The position numbers were made by a program, and so were the translations under genes. 64,000 nucleotides of DNA from an uncultured Gammaproteobacteria bacterium (GTDB taxonomy: Bacteria > Pseudomonadota > Gammaproteobacteria > UBA6002), in assembly GCA_963705725.1 (NCBI GenBank), contig CAVPKM010000017.1, forward strand, positions 105,391-169,390, given 5' to 3'. The first letter of the stretch is position 1; each line of letters opens with the position of its first letter. Under the pieces are notes generated by a model. That model was not told the DNA's origin, did not search any database, and worked only from the letters and a program-made list of their open reading frames with translations. Below, piece by piece: positions 32,369 through 42,338 of this stretch.

Positions 32369-35362
32369 ATGCGTAATAATACTGAAAGAGAAATAGATAG
32401 AAGTGAGAATGCGAGAGTCGGAGATCAAATAGCCAACCCGCCTCATCTAGATCAGATAGATCGTTATGAACCTGATAATGAAGGTGAGTGGATAGATCAT
32501 TATGAAACCCCTGGTTGGGAATCATATAATCCATACTACCCATCTTTGCAAAGTTTCGTGCCTTATAATCATTACCCCGATTATTATCCAGAAAATTCTT
32601 TACCTTATTATTATCATCATGAAGGTTATTACCCGCCAAGTTACCCAGCAGATGAGAGGATAAATCGTTATGAAACCCGTGATTATAGATCATATAATCC
32701 CTATTACTCATCTCCGCAAAGTTCCATGCCTCATTATCCTTATCCAGAAAGTTATTATCCAGAAAGTTACCCAGCACCTCGTAAAATAAATCATAATAAA
32801 ACTAATAAGGTTAGAAAAAAGACAATAATTAATCCACGGATGGTGAGTGATTATTTAATTGATTATAATCCAAATAAAATTTCAGAATTTAAAACCATTT
32901 TATTGAACCATGACGATTTTATATCGGCATGGCTTTGTGAATCTATTATTAAAAAACTGACAAACCATTTAAATGAAAATAAAGAATTAAGAAATGAACT
33001 GCTACCAATTGTGAATTTTGCATTTTTTAAAATTGATGAAGTTATAAAAACGCACGCTCAAACTTCAGACATGTGCACCATTAATCACATTCATTTCTTG
33101 TTTCGTTCTGCAACTAGGTGGATCGATGAAAAAAATAAAGAAAAGTTTATTTTCGGATTATCAGTTGATACCTGCCAGACTTTAATCAGTAATTTCGAAA
33201 ATTCTACTAAATTATCAGATAAATCCGTTAGCATATTTATGTATGGTATCTCTAAATTAGTAAATCATGGATATATTACTGATAAAATTATTTTTAATAA
33301 CCTAGATCACATGCTTTCTTACTTGAAGGAAGCTCGCTCTATTGACACAACATTCCTTGCTTTTGAGCATTTTATTAGGAAAAATGTATTTGCCAATACA
33401 ATAAATGCGAAAAGCATCAAGAGAATATTATTGAGCTTATTAGCTTGTCCTGATGTCAGAATTATTAATCTTGAAGTTAGTGTGATTACTTTCGCTAAAT
33501 TGCTTGCTGGCAATTTTGTCAGGCCTGATAGTACAATGTTTGATGATTATGTAGAAGCAGTAACGGGTGCTTTTACTAAAAATTTAAGAGTGGCACACAA
33601 TGCTATTGCTGATGTTTTTTTTATTTTCAGACGCTTAGCGATTAATGGATTAATCATTAGTCCGATAGATTCTCTGTTTTTAAATAAAATCCTTCCAATT
33701 GCATTAGGATTAGATGACCTCTCTAACAAAGATATATTTGCTATTATTTTTTCAATTAAATCATTAGTGGAGAAAAAACTCCTTACGACATTTGAAAGTA
33801 GCAATGTCGAGCAATTATTTATGCGTTATTTTCCTCACCCTACCTTTCCTCATTTTGCTCTTGTCATGCTACATAACTATTTTATAATTAATTCAATTAA
33901 AGGCCTGACGAAAATTAATGATCAAGTTGTAAAAAATTTAATTGATTATTTGGTGCAGATGCCTTCAATAAAAGTAGTTAATTTATATTATGCAATCTTT
34001 TGCATCAAGAGATCGGGTGAAGAGGGATTACTTACTCAAGAGGTGACAAATCACTGTCTAAAAACTCTGATTACTCGCTTATCAAAATTTGCTGATATTA
34101 CCCCTTGTCATATTTATGCTATTTCTTCTTGTCTTATTGCAATTGATCAGTTAGCGACAATTAATCTTGGTATCGATGAGGAAATCGAATACTTTATTTC
34201 TAATGTGCTGGTTTTAAGTGACTCAAAATATGCTACTCACGTGGCTTCAGGGTTTTTTTATATAGCGCGTTTAGTTAAAAATAATTTTATTGATATAAAA
34301 AATTCTAGTTTGAAAAACTTAATTTCCTCTCTTTTACGTTTTCCCCATATTCGTACTAAAGCAATACACCATGTGTTTAACGGTATAAGAATATTATCTG
34401 AAGTAATGGAAGGTGAAAAAATAAACGAACTTTGCCAAGCATTTATAGAAGGCATTACTTATCTTAAAGAAAATAACGATAACCACGCTTATAAAATAAA
34501 CTTTTTAACTTCTCTAATATCGATGCTTTCTTCAGAAAATAAGATAAAGACCTTGTCAGAAAATAAACCGACAGATATAGATATATTGGATATATTTATT
34601 GAAGATGATCAGGGTGAAGGCGAAATTTTTTCTCACACTGATTTGCTAACCTTTGAAGAAGGTAATTATTATGCTTCTTATTACTCTTCAAGCGACTCTG
34701 AAGATTGGGAGGATTTTGCAGAAAATCTTTATTCCTCTGATTTTTTAGCAGTTCCAGCTGAATTAGATTTATCTGCGAGAAATAATAGACAAAATTTATC
34801 CTATGAGGATCTTTTGTTTGAGGATGCATCTGTTGATTACCTAGTGTTTGGTCAAAATATAGAAGGAGACGGAGTCGGTAATACTTGCCCTTTTGCTGCT
34901 GTGACAGATTTGAAGTTTGAACAAACGTCCTCTCCTAATTTTGTAGAGGAAGTAAAGCCCGCCCTACCTATCACCCCTCCATCACTTTTTTTTACCATAC
35001 CTAAAGTTGTTTGGGACACTCGTAAAAGAAAACAGCCTGAAACTGAACAAAATTTTCCAGCTAATAAAAAATTAAAACTAGAAAAAAATACAAATATATC
35101 TACCTTCCTAGCGCGATTATCTTTCACACAAAGAAAGAAATCGTTAGATTTAGATATTCCAACACTCAGTCCACTAGAGAGAAAGTTGTTAGGCAAGCTT
35201 TATATTAACCATAAAAAAGTGAATGGAAAATATCGGTTAACCGTTCAAGATTTCGGGTTATTTAATGAATTCTATCAAAGAATGATGCGCAAGCATTCTA
35301 TGCAACCCTCTTCAGAAGAAGAGAGAAAATCATTCGTTCAAGACTCCTCTCAAAAGAGATAA
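32369..35362 (+). CDS. Large orphan protein, paralog 1 of 3 (Tyr/Pro-rich N-terminus, hydrophobic helical core, acidic region, NLS-like motif)
   Basis: 997-aa open frame, very AT-rich, paralogous to the next two ORFs. Confidence 0.85.
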   Translation: MRNNTEREIDRSENARVGDQIANPPHLDQIDRYEPDNEGEWIDHYETPGWESYNPYYPSLQSFVPYNHYPDYYPENSLPYYYHHEGYYPPSYPADERINRYETRDYRSYNPYYSSPQSSMPHYPYPESYYPESYPAPRKINHNKTNKVRKKTIINPRMVSDYLIDYNPNKISEFKTILLNHDDFISAWLCESIIKKLTNHLNENKELRNELLPIVNFAFFKIDEVIKTHAQTSDMCTINHIHFLFRSATRWIDEKNKEKFIFGLSVDTCQTLISNFENSTKLSDKSVSIFMYGISKLVNHGYITDKIIFNNLDHMLSYLKEARSIDTTFLAFEHFIRKNVFANTINAKSIKRILLSLLACPDVRIINLEVSVITFAKLLAGNFVRPDSTMFDDYVEAVTGAFTKNLRVAHNAIADVFFIFRRLAINGLIISPIDSLFLNKILPIALGLDDLSNKDIFAIIFSIKSLVEKKLLTTFESSNVEQLFMRYFPHPTFPHFALVMLHNYFIINSIKGLTKINDQVVKNLIDYLVQMPSIKVVNLYYAIFCIKRSGEEGLLTQEVTNHCLKTLITRLSKFADITPCHIYAISSCLIAIDQLATINLGIDEEIEYFISNVLVLSDSKYATHVASGFFYIARLVKNNFIDIKNSSLKNLISSLLRFPHIRTKAIHHVFNGIRILSEVMEGEKINELCQAFIEGITYLKENNDNHAYKINFLTSLISMLSSENKIKTLSENKPTDIDILDIFIEDDQGEGEIFSHTDLLTFEEGNYYASYYSSSDSEDWEDFAENLYSSDFLAVPAELDLSARNNRQNLSYEDLLFEDASVDYLVFGQNIEGDGVGNTCPFAAVTDLKFEQTSSPNFVEEVKPALPITPPSLFFTIPKVVWDTRKRKQPETEQNFPANKKLKLEKNTNISTFLARLSFTQRKKSLDLDIPTLSPLERKLLGKLYINHKKVNGKYRLTVQDFGLFNEFYQRMMRKHSMQPSSEEERKSFVQDSSQKR
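32455..32775 (+). repeat. Internal imperfect duplication encoding the Tyr/Pro-rich N-terminus
   Basis: atagatcattatgaaaccc...atcatataatccatactac vs ataaatcgttatgaaaccc...atcatataatccctattac; I[DN][RH]YE occurs three times. Confidence 0.8.
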
Positions 35363-35426
35363 AAACAACTAAGCTCTATAGGTTTACGGTAAATAGGTGT
35401 ATGTTTTAAATTAATGAGATTGAAAA

Positions 35427-38195
35427 ATGTTTGGAAATAATCGAGAAACCAATTCGTCGCACCATTCGTCAAATAATGAAGAAGAATGGATAGATCATTA
35501 TCATACTGATGAACGAGTGTATCGTCGTCAAAGTTCTAATCCACCACGTGCCTATTATCATCCGTCAAGCCATTCAATGTCTTCTCGTCAAGTAACCCGC
35601 ACAAATGATGGTAATAAAACTAATAAGTTTAGAAAAAAGACAATAATTAATCCACGGATGGTGAGTGATTATTTAATTCATTATAATCCAAATAAAATTT
35701 CAGAATTTAAAACCATTTTATTGAACCATGACGATTTTCTACCAGCATGGCTCTGTGAGTCTATTATTCGAAAACTGACAGATCACTTAATACGAGATAA
35801 GCAATTAAGAAACGAATTGTTACCCATTGTGAATTTTGCATTTAATAAAATTGATGAAGTTATAAAAAATAGCTCTGAAGCTTCAGACATGTGCACCATC
35901 AACCACATTGCTTACTTTTTTGAAAAGGCAACTAAATGGATTGATAGAGAAAATAAAGAAAGTTTTACTTTTGGATTATCAGTTGATACCTGTCAGGTTT
36001 TAATCAATAAGTTTGAAAATTCTGTTAAATTGTCAGGAGGACAGGTAGCTTCATTTTTTTCTGGTATCTCAATATTGGTAAAAGATGGATATATTACTAA
36101 AAAAATTAGCTTTAAGAAGATAGATTACTTACTTTCTTATTTGAAGGAAGATCGCTCTATTTACACAGCATTTTTTTCTTTTGATGAATTTATTAAAGCA
36201 AAGGTATTTTGCAGTTATATAAAAGCGAAAACCATCAAATCAATGCTATTTAGCATGTTTGATTCTCCTCATGACAAAATTCATAATAATCTTGAAGTTA
36301 GTGTGGTTACTCTAGCTAAATTATTTGCAGGAGGTTTCATCTTGCCGGATAATACACTCTTTGATGATTATGTAAAAGCACTAACGTGGTATTATTCAAA
36401 AAATTTAATAATGTCAATTAATATTATTGATAAAATTTTCTTTATATTTAAATTCTTTGCGATTAATAAATTTATCATAAGCCAGATCGATTCTTCATTT
36501 ATAAATAAAATACTTCGTATTGCATTAAGATCGGATCAACTCTTTGGGAAAAATATATTCAATATTATTTCAGCAATTACATCATTGGTGGAAGAAAAAT
36601 TTCTTGCACCATTTAAAAGTGAGGATGTTGATCAATTATTTATGCGTTATTCACCTCACTCTGAGTTTTGTGATTTTACTCTTATCACGCTTAATAATTA
36701 TTTTAGAATTAACACTATAAAAGGAATGGCGAGAATTAGTGATCAAGTGGTAAAAAATTTAATTGATCATTTTGTGTCGATGCCTTCAATAGAGCTAGAA
36801 AATGTGTATTATGCAATCTTTTGCATTAAGAGATTGGGTGAGGAGGGGCTGCTTACCGAAGAGGTAACTAATCACTGTCTAAAAACTCTGGTTACTCGCT
36901 TATCAAAATTTCCTGATATTACTTCTCGTCATATTTATGCTATTTCTTCTTGTCTTATAGCGATTGATCAGTTAGCGACAATTAATCTTGGTATCGATGA
37001 GGTAATCGAATACTTTATTTCTAATGTGCTGGTTTTAAGTGATTCAAAATATGCTACTCATGCGGCTTCAGGGTTTTTTTATATAGCACGTTTAGTTAAA
37101 AATAATTTTCTTAATATAAAACATGCTAGTTTGAAAAACTTAATTTCCTCTCTTTTACGTTTTCCCGATATTCGTACTAAAGCAATACACCATGTGTTTA
37201 ATGGTATAAGAATATTATCTAAAGTAATGGAAGGTGAAGAAATAAACAAACTTTTCCAAGCATTTATAGAAGGCATTACTTACCTTAAAGAAAATAACGA
37301 TAACAACGCTTATAAGGTAAGCTTTTTAACTTCTCTAATATCAATACTTTCTCTTGAGATTAATAAAAAGACATCATTAGAAAATAAATCTACAGAAATA
37401 GATATATTTATTGAAGATGATCAGGATGAAGGCGAAATTTTTTCTCAAACTGATTTGCTAACCTTTGAAGAAGGCAATTATTATGCTTCTTATTACTCTT
37501 CAAGCTCTGAAGATTGGGAAGGTTTTGCAGAAAATCTTTATTCATCAGATTTTTACAATGAGAATTTGGGAATTGAACCAGTTCCAGCTAATTTATCTGC
37601 GAGAAATAATAGACAAAATTTACCGTATGAGGATCTTTTTTTTGAGGATGCAGATGTTGGTTGCCCGGTGTTTGAACAAAAAATAGAAGGAGACGGAGTC
37701 GGCAATCCTTGTCCTTTTGCTGCTGTGACTGTGACAGATTTGAAGTTTGAGCAAACGTCTTCTCCTAATTCAGTAGAGGAAGTAAAACCCACCCTAGCTA
37801 TCACCCCTCCATCACTTTTTTTTACCATACCTAAAGATGTTTGGGACACTCATAAAAAGAGAAAACAGCCTGAAACTGAACAAGATTTTCCAGCTACTAA
37901 AAAATTAAAACTAGCAAAAGATACAAATATATCTGCCTTCCTAGTGCGATTATCTTTCACACAAAGAATGAAATCGTTAGATTTAGATATTCCAACACTA
38001 AGTCAACTAGAGAGAAAGTTGTTACGGAAGCTTTATATTAACCATAAAAAAGTGAATGGAAAATATCGGTTAACCGTTCAAGATTTCGGGTTATTTAATG
38101 AATTCTATCAAAGAATGATGCGCAAGCATTCTATGCAACCCTCTTCAGAAGAAGAGAGAAAATCTTTCGCTCAAGACTCGTCTCAAAAGAGATAA
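35427..38195 (+). CDS. Large orphan protein, paralog 2 (5' half like paralog 3, 3' half like paralog 1)
   Basis: 922 aa; best match switches near 36875. Confidence 0.85.
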   Translation: MFGNNRETNSSHHSSNNEEEWIDHYHTDERVYRRQSSNPPRAYYHPSSHSMSSRQVTRTNDGNKTNKFRKKTIINPRMVSDYLIHYNPNKISEFKTILLNHDDFLPAWLCESIIRKLTDHLIRDKQLRNELLPIVNFAFNKIDEVIKNSSEASDMCTINHIAYFFEKATKWIDRENKESFTFGLSVDTCQVLINKFENSVKLSGGQVASFFSGISILVKDGYITKKISFKKIDYLLSYLKEDRSIYTAFFSFDEFIKAKVFCSYIKAKTIKSMLFSMFDSPHDKIHNNLEVSVVTLAKLFAGGFILPDNTLFDDYVKALTWYYSKNLIMSINIIDKIFFIFKFFAINKFIISQIDSSFINKILRIALRSDQLFGKNIFNIISAITSLVEEKFLAPFKSEDVDQLFMRYSPHSEFCDFTLITLNNYFRINTIKGMARISDQVVKNLIDHFVSMPSIELENVYYAIFCIKRLGEEGLLTEEVTNHCLKTLVTRLSKFPDITSRHIYAISSCLIAIDQLATINLGIDEVIEYFISNVLVLSDSKYATHAASGFFYIARLVKNNFLNIKHASLKNLISSLLRFPDIRTKAIHHVFNGIRILSKVMEGEEINKLFQAFIEGITYLKENNDNNAYKVSFLTSLISILSLEINKKTSLENKSTEIDIFIEDDQDEGEIFSQTDLLTFEEGNYYASYYSSSSEDWEGFAENLYSSDFYNENLGIEPVPANLSARNNRQNLPYEDLFFEDADVGCPVFEQKIEGDGVGNPCPFAAVTVTDLKFEQTSSPNSVEEVKPTLAITPPSLFFTIPKDVWDTHKKRKQPETEQDFPATKKLKLAKDTNISAFLVRLSFTQRMKSLDLDIPTLSQLERKLLRKLYINHKKVNGKYRLTVQDFGLFNEFYQRMMRKHSMQPSSEEERKSFAQDSSQKR

Positions 38196-38270
38196 ACATA
38201 AGTAAGGTTTATAAATTAAATTTAGATTTATGGTAAATAGGTGTATTTTTTAAATTAGTGAGATTGAAAA

Positions 38271-41039
38271 ATGTTTAGAAATATTGGAGAAACCAAACCG
38301 TCCCATTCATCAGATAATGAAGAAGAATGGATAGATCATTATGAAACTGATGAACGAGTGTATCGTCGTCAAAATTATTATTCGCAAGGTTCCTCTTCTC
38401 ATCAAGTAACCCGCACGAATGATGGTAATAAAACTAATAAGTTTAGAAAAAAGACAATAATCGATGCACGGATGGTGAGTGATTATTTAATTCATTATAA
38501 TCCAAATAAAATTTCCGAATTTAAAACTATTTTATTGAACCATGACGATTTTCTACCAGCATGGCTCTGTGAGTCTATTATTCGAAAACTGACAGATCAC
38601 TTAATACGAGATAAGCAATTAAGAAACGAATTGTTACCCATTGTGAATTTTGCATTTAATAAAATTGATGAAGTTATAAAAAATAGCTCTGAAGCTTCAG
38701 ACATGTGCGTCATCAACCACCTTCCTTTCCTTTTTGAAAAGGCAACTAAATGGATTGATAGAGAAAATAAAGAAAGTTTTAATTTTGGATTATCAGTTGA
38801 TACCTGTCAGATTTTAATCAATAAGTTTGAAAATTCTGTTAAATTGTCAGGAGGGCAGGTAGCTTCATTTTTTTCTGGTATCTCAATATTGGTAAAAGAT
38901 GGATATATTACTAAAGAAATTAGATTTAATAAGCTAGATTACCTACTTTCTTATTTGCAGGGAGCTCGCTCTATTTACACAGCATTTTTTTCTTTTAATG
39001 AATTTATTCAAGCAAAGGTATTTTGCAATAAAATAAAAGCGAAAACCATCAAATCAATGTTATTAAGCATGTTTGATTCTCCTCAAGCTAAAATTCAGCA
39101 TAATCTTGAAGTTAGTGTGGCTACTTTTGCTAAATTACTCGCAGGAGGTTTCATCTTGCCGGATAATACAATCTTTGATGATTACGTAAAAGCGCTAACG
39201 TGTTATTATTCAAAAAATGTAACAATATTAACCTATATTATTGATAAAATTTTCTTTATTTTTAAATTCTTTGCGATTAATAAATTTATCATAAACCAGC
39301 TAGATTCTTCATTTATAAATAAAATACTTCATATTGCATTAAGATCGGATAAACTCCTTGGAAAAAATATATTCAATATTATTTCAGCAATTGTATCATT
39401 GGTGGAAAAAAAATTTCTTGCGCCATTTGAAAATGAGGACGTTGATCAATTATTCCTGCGTTTTATACCTCACCCTGGGCTTTGTTATTTTACTCTTAAC
39501 ACGCTTAATAATTATTTTAGAATTAACACTATAAAAGGAATGGCGAGAATTAGTGATCAAGTGGTAAAAAATTTAATTGATCATTTTGCGTCGATGCCTT
39601 CAATAGAGCTAGAAAATGTGTATTATGCAATCTTTTTCATTAAGAGATCGGGTGAGGAGGGGCTGCTTACCGAAGAGGTAACTAATCACTGTTTAAAAAT
39701 TCTGATTACTCTTTTATCCAAATTTCCTAGTGTTACTGTTTATCATATTTATTTTATTTCTTATTGTCTTAGAACGATTGATCAGTTAGCCACAATTAAT
39801 CTGGATATAGATGATATAATTGAGCAATTTATTTCTAATTTACTGGTTTTAAGTGAGTCAAAATATGCTACTCACGCGGCTTTAGCGTTTTTTTATATAA
39901 CGCGTTTAGAAAAAAATAATTTTATTAACATAAAAAATTCCAGTCTGAAAAACCTAATTTCCTGTATTTTGCATTCTCCTAATATCCGTATTCAGGCCAT
40001 ACGGCATCTCTTTAATGGTATAAAGATATTATCTGAAATAGGGGAAGATGATAAAACAAACGAACTTCGTCAAGTATTTTTAGAAGGTATTACTTATCTT
40101 AAAGAAAATAACGTTGACAACGCCTATAGGGTAAGCTTTTTGACTTCGATAATATCAATACTTTCTCTTGATATTAATAAAATGACATCATCAGAAAATA
40201 AATCTACAGACATAGATATAATTATGTCTGATGACGAGGATAAAATTTTTCCTCAACCCGAGTTAATGATATTTGATGAAGCTAATTATTATGGTTCTTA
40301 TTACTCATCAAGTGACTCTGAAGAGTGGGAGGATTTTGTAGAAAACCTTTATTCACCTGGTTTTTCTGATGAAAATTTTCAACTTGAACCTGCTCGAATT
40401 GAATTAAATTTATCTGCGAAAAACAATGCCAAAAATTCATCGTTCCGGGAAAATATATTTGGAAATTATGATCATAAAATAGAGGATACCGAAGGGTGTT
40501 ACCAAGTGTTTGATCAAGATATAGAAGAAGTAGGGAATACCTGTCCTTTTGCTGCTATTACAAATTTGGAAATTGAGCAAAAGCAGCCCTATTTTGGTGA
40601 GTTGTCTACTGCTTCAGCTAAGGAAGTAAATCCCACCCTATCTATCTCATCTGGATCAACTTTTTTCTCCTCAAAATCTATAACTGATTCGCAGTCGCAG
40701 TCTCATAAAAGAAAAAGGCCTGAAAATGAACCAATTTTTTTCCCACCTAATAAAAAATCAAAACTAGGAAAAGATACAAACCTATCTGCCTTACTAGCAC
40801 GATTATCTTTCACAAGAAAAATAAACTCCTTGGATTTAGATATTCCAACACTGAGTAAACAAGAGAGAGGATTGTTAAATAAACTTTATATTAGGCATAA
40901 AAAAGTGAATGGAAGATATCGATTAACAGTTGAAGGTTTCGAATTATTTAATGAGAGTTATCAAAGAATGAAACGTAAACTTTCTGCTGAAAAACCTTTG
41001 GAAGATGAAACAAAATCTTATTTAACTAGCAAGCAGTAA
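38271..41039 (+). CDS. Large orphan protein, paralog 3
   Basis: 922 aa; paralogous to the two preceding ORFs. Confidence 0.85.
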   Translation: MFRNIGETKPSHSSDNEEEWIDHYETDERVYRRQNYYSQGSSSHQVTRTNDGNKTNKFRKKTIIDARMVSDYLIHYNPNKISEFKTILLNHDDFLPAWLCESIIRKLTDHLIRDKQLRNELLPIVNFAFNKIDEVIKNSSEASDMCVINHLPFLFEKATKWIDRENKESFNFGLSVDTCQILINKFENSVKLSGGQVASFFSGISILVKDGYITKEIRFNKLDYLLSYLQGARSIYTAFFSFNEFIQAKVFCNKIKAKTIKSMLLSMFDSPQAKIQHNLEVSVATFAKLLAGGFILPDNTIFDDYVKALTCYYSKNVTILTYIIDKIFFIFKFFAINKFIINQLDSSFINKILHIALRSDKLLGKNIFNIISAIVSLVEKKFLAPFENEDVDQLFLRFIPHPGLCYFTLNTLNNYFRINTIKGMARISDQVVKNLIDHFASMPSIELENVYYAIFFIKRSGEEGLLTEEVTNHCLKILITLLSKFPSVTVYHIYFISYCLRTIDQLATINLDIDDIIEQFISNLLVLSESKYATHAALAFFYITRLEKNNFINIKNSSLKNLISCILHSPNIRIQAIRHLFNGIKILSEIGEDDKTNELRQVFLEGITYLKENNVDNAYRVSFLTSIISILSLDINKMTSSENKSTDIDIIMSDDEDKIFPQPELMIFDEANYYGSYYSSSDSEEWEDFVENLYSPGFSDENFQLEPARIELNLSAKNNAKNSSFRENIFGNYDHKIEDTEGCYQVFDQDIEEVGNTCPFAAITNLEIEQKQPYFGELSTASAKEVNPTLSISSGSTFFSSKSITDSQSQSHKRKRPENEPIFFPPNKKSKLGKDTNLSALLARLSFTRKINSLDLDIPTLSKQERGLLNKLYIRHKKVNGRYRLTVEGFELFNESYQRMKRKLSAEKPLEDETKSYLTSKQ

Positions 41040-41093
41040 TGCTCAAATCATACTGGTTGGTTTGTTGCATTATTAAAAAAAGCATGCTTAAAT

Positions 41094-41188
41094 CTTCTCA
41101 TCAGGGGTGCATCAGCTGAGAGAATCTACTTAAGAAGATTCAACCCTTTGAACCTGACTGGGGTAATCCCCGCGTAGGGAGATGAGAA
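41094..41188 (+). ncRNA. TPP riboswitch (THI box)
   Basis: GGGGTGC..GCTGAGA..ACCCTTTGAACCTGA..GGGTAAT.CC.GCGTAGGGA core with P1 ttctcatc/gatgagaa; directly upstream of a TenA-family gene. Confidence 0.95.
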
Positions 41189-41228
41189 TGTAAACAATGA
41201 TATTCCTATCATTGCATCCGCTTTTTCT

Positions 41229-41260
41229 ACTCCCTTTGGCTTTTTTTTACACCAAAGGAG
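41229..41260 (+). promoter_or_regulatory. RBS-sequestering hairpin, the probable riboswitch expression platform
   Basis: ctccctttgg can pair with ccaaaggag, which contains the SD of ATG 41269. Confidence 0.7.
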
Positions 41261-41268
41261 AACGTCAC

Positions 41269-41943
41269 ATGCTTTATCCACAATTAATGGGTCTATCAAA
41301 AAAATTATGGCAGCATAGCCAGCCTACCTTCCACAAAATTACTCAAACACCACTTGTAACAGGTTTAATTGAAGGGTTAACTACAGAAGAATTTCATCGA
41401 TTTACTCAGCAAGATATTTATTATCTTGAACAAAGTTTTCAGCCCGCGATGAAGATCCTCAGCCAAAAAGCTAGTTTGCAAAGCCATCACCAATTATTTT
41501 CTGATTGGATTGCTGCCACAAATGTTGAGTTGTCTCAACTAAAGAAGCAGCTTTCCTTGGTCTATACCGACACCATGATTCCACCTTCTGAAATTTGCGA
41601 AAAATATGGAAAACATCTTTTGGAAACCACCAGCAATCAATCCTATAGTATAGGTGTTGCCGCTTGTTTACCTTGTTTTTTATTTTTTCCAGCAGTAGGT
41701 CTGCATATTAAAAAGCGTGTACCTGATTTAGCCGGTCATCCTCAAGTAGAATGGATAAAAGTATATGCAGATGAATTATTTGATAACGCCTATCACATGG
41801 CTGCGTTTGCTAATGAAGTCATTTCTAAAGAAGATGAACCCGCTGCTTTAAAAGCCTACATGATTTCTGCTGAATTCGAACTTTGCTTTTTTGAAGATGC
41901 CTTGAAGGTAGAAAACAGCCAATCTTATTTTATGATGGAGTGA
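41269..41943 (+). CDS. tenA: TenA/THI-4 family protein (thiamine salvage, thiaminase II-like)
   Basis: F..F.QQD..YL, AACLPC, WI..Y, E..FF motifs; TPP riboswitch upstream. Confidence 0.85.
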   Translation: MLYPQLMGLSKKLWQHSQPTFHKITQTPLVTGLIEGLTTEEFHRFTQQDIYYLEQSFQPAMKILSQKASLQSHHQLFSDWIAATNVELSQLKKQLSLVYTDTMIPPSEICEKYGKHLLETTSNQSYSIGVAACLPCFLFFPAVGLHIKKRVPDLAGHPQVEWIKVYADELFDNAYHMAAFANEVISKEDEPAALKAYMISAEFELCFFEDALKVENSQSYFMME

Positions 41944-42338
41944 AGTTACGATAATTTCGCTGGCGTTAACAGGGTTAGTAATTGCTTAATTAATTTTATT
42001 TGTAACTACTTGGCCCAGCAAGGAAACGTCCATATTTGGCCATCTTTGAACGAAAAACCCGCTGAAAACTGCTCACATATTTATATGTGCTGCACTTTTT
42101 CAGCGAATTTTTCGTTCAGATATGGCTCAAATATGAACGTTTGTGCGTTGAACAGACTCTTACCCCGTGAGCAGTTACTTTTATTTTTTCATTTGGATTA
42201 TTGTCTAATAGTTTAAATTTAAGCGATTTCGAACCTTCTAGCTGATAAATTCTGGGTTGTTTTTGAATTAAATTTAATAGGGCAGTTAAATTAATTTTTG
42301 ACTCTATGTCAAATTCGATTTTTCCATGCAACGCACCT
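41847..42338. repeat. Direct repeat copy A (functional tenA 3' end + dead mfd 3' end interrupted by a MITE)
   Basis: 307 bp after removing the insertion; matches 43572..43884. Confidence 0.95.
42002..42178. mobile_element. 177-bp non-autonomous palindromic element (MITE-like)
   Basis: Absent from repeat copy B; 8-bp duplication ttttattt (41994-42001, 42179-42186); ends gtaactactt / gagcagttac; ~55-bp-arm internal hairpin 42024..42142. Confidence 0.92.

Noticed and set aside
32337-32777. 146-aa minus-strand ORF with DNN repeats
   Set aside because: Antisense shadow of the Tyr/Pro-rich repeat of the 997-aa gene
42010-42331. ORFs 42010..42216 and 42116..42331
   Set aside because: They are made of MITE sequence and the duplicated mfd 3' end
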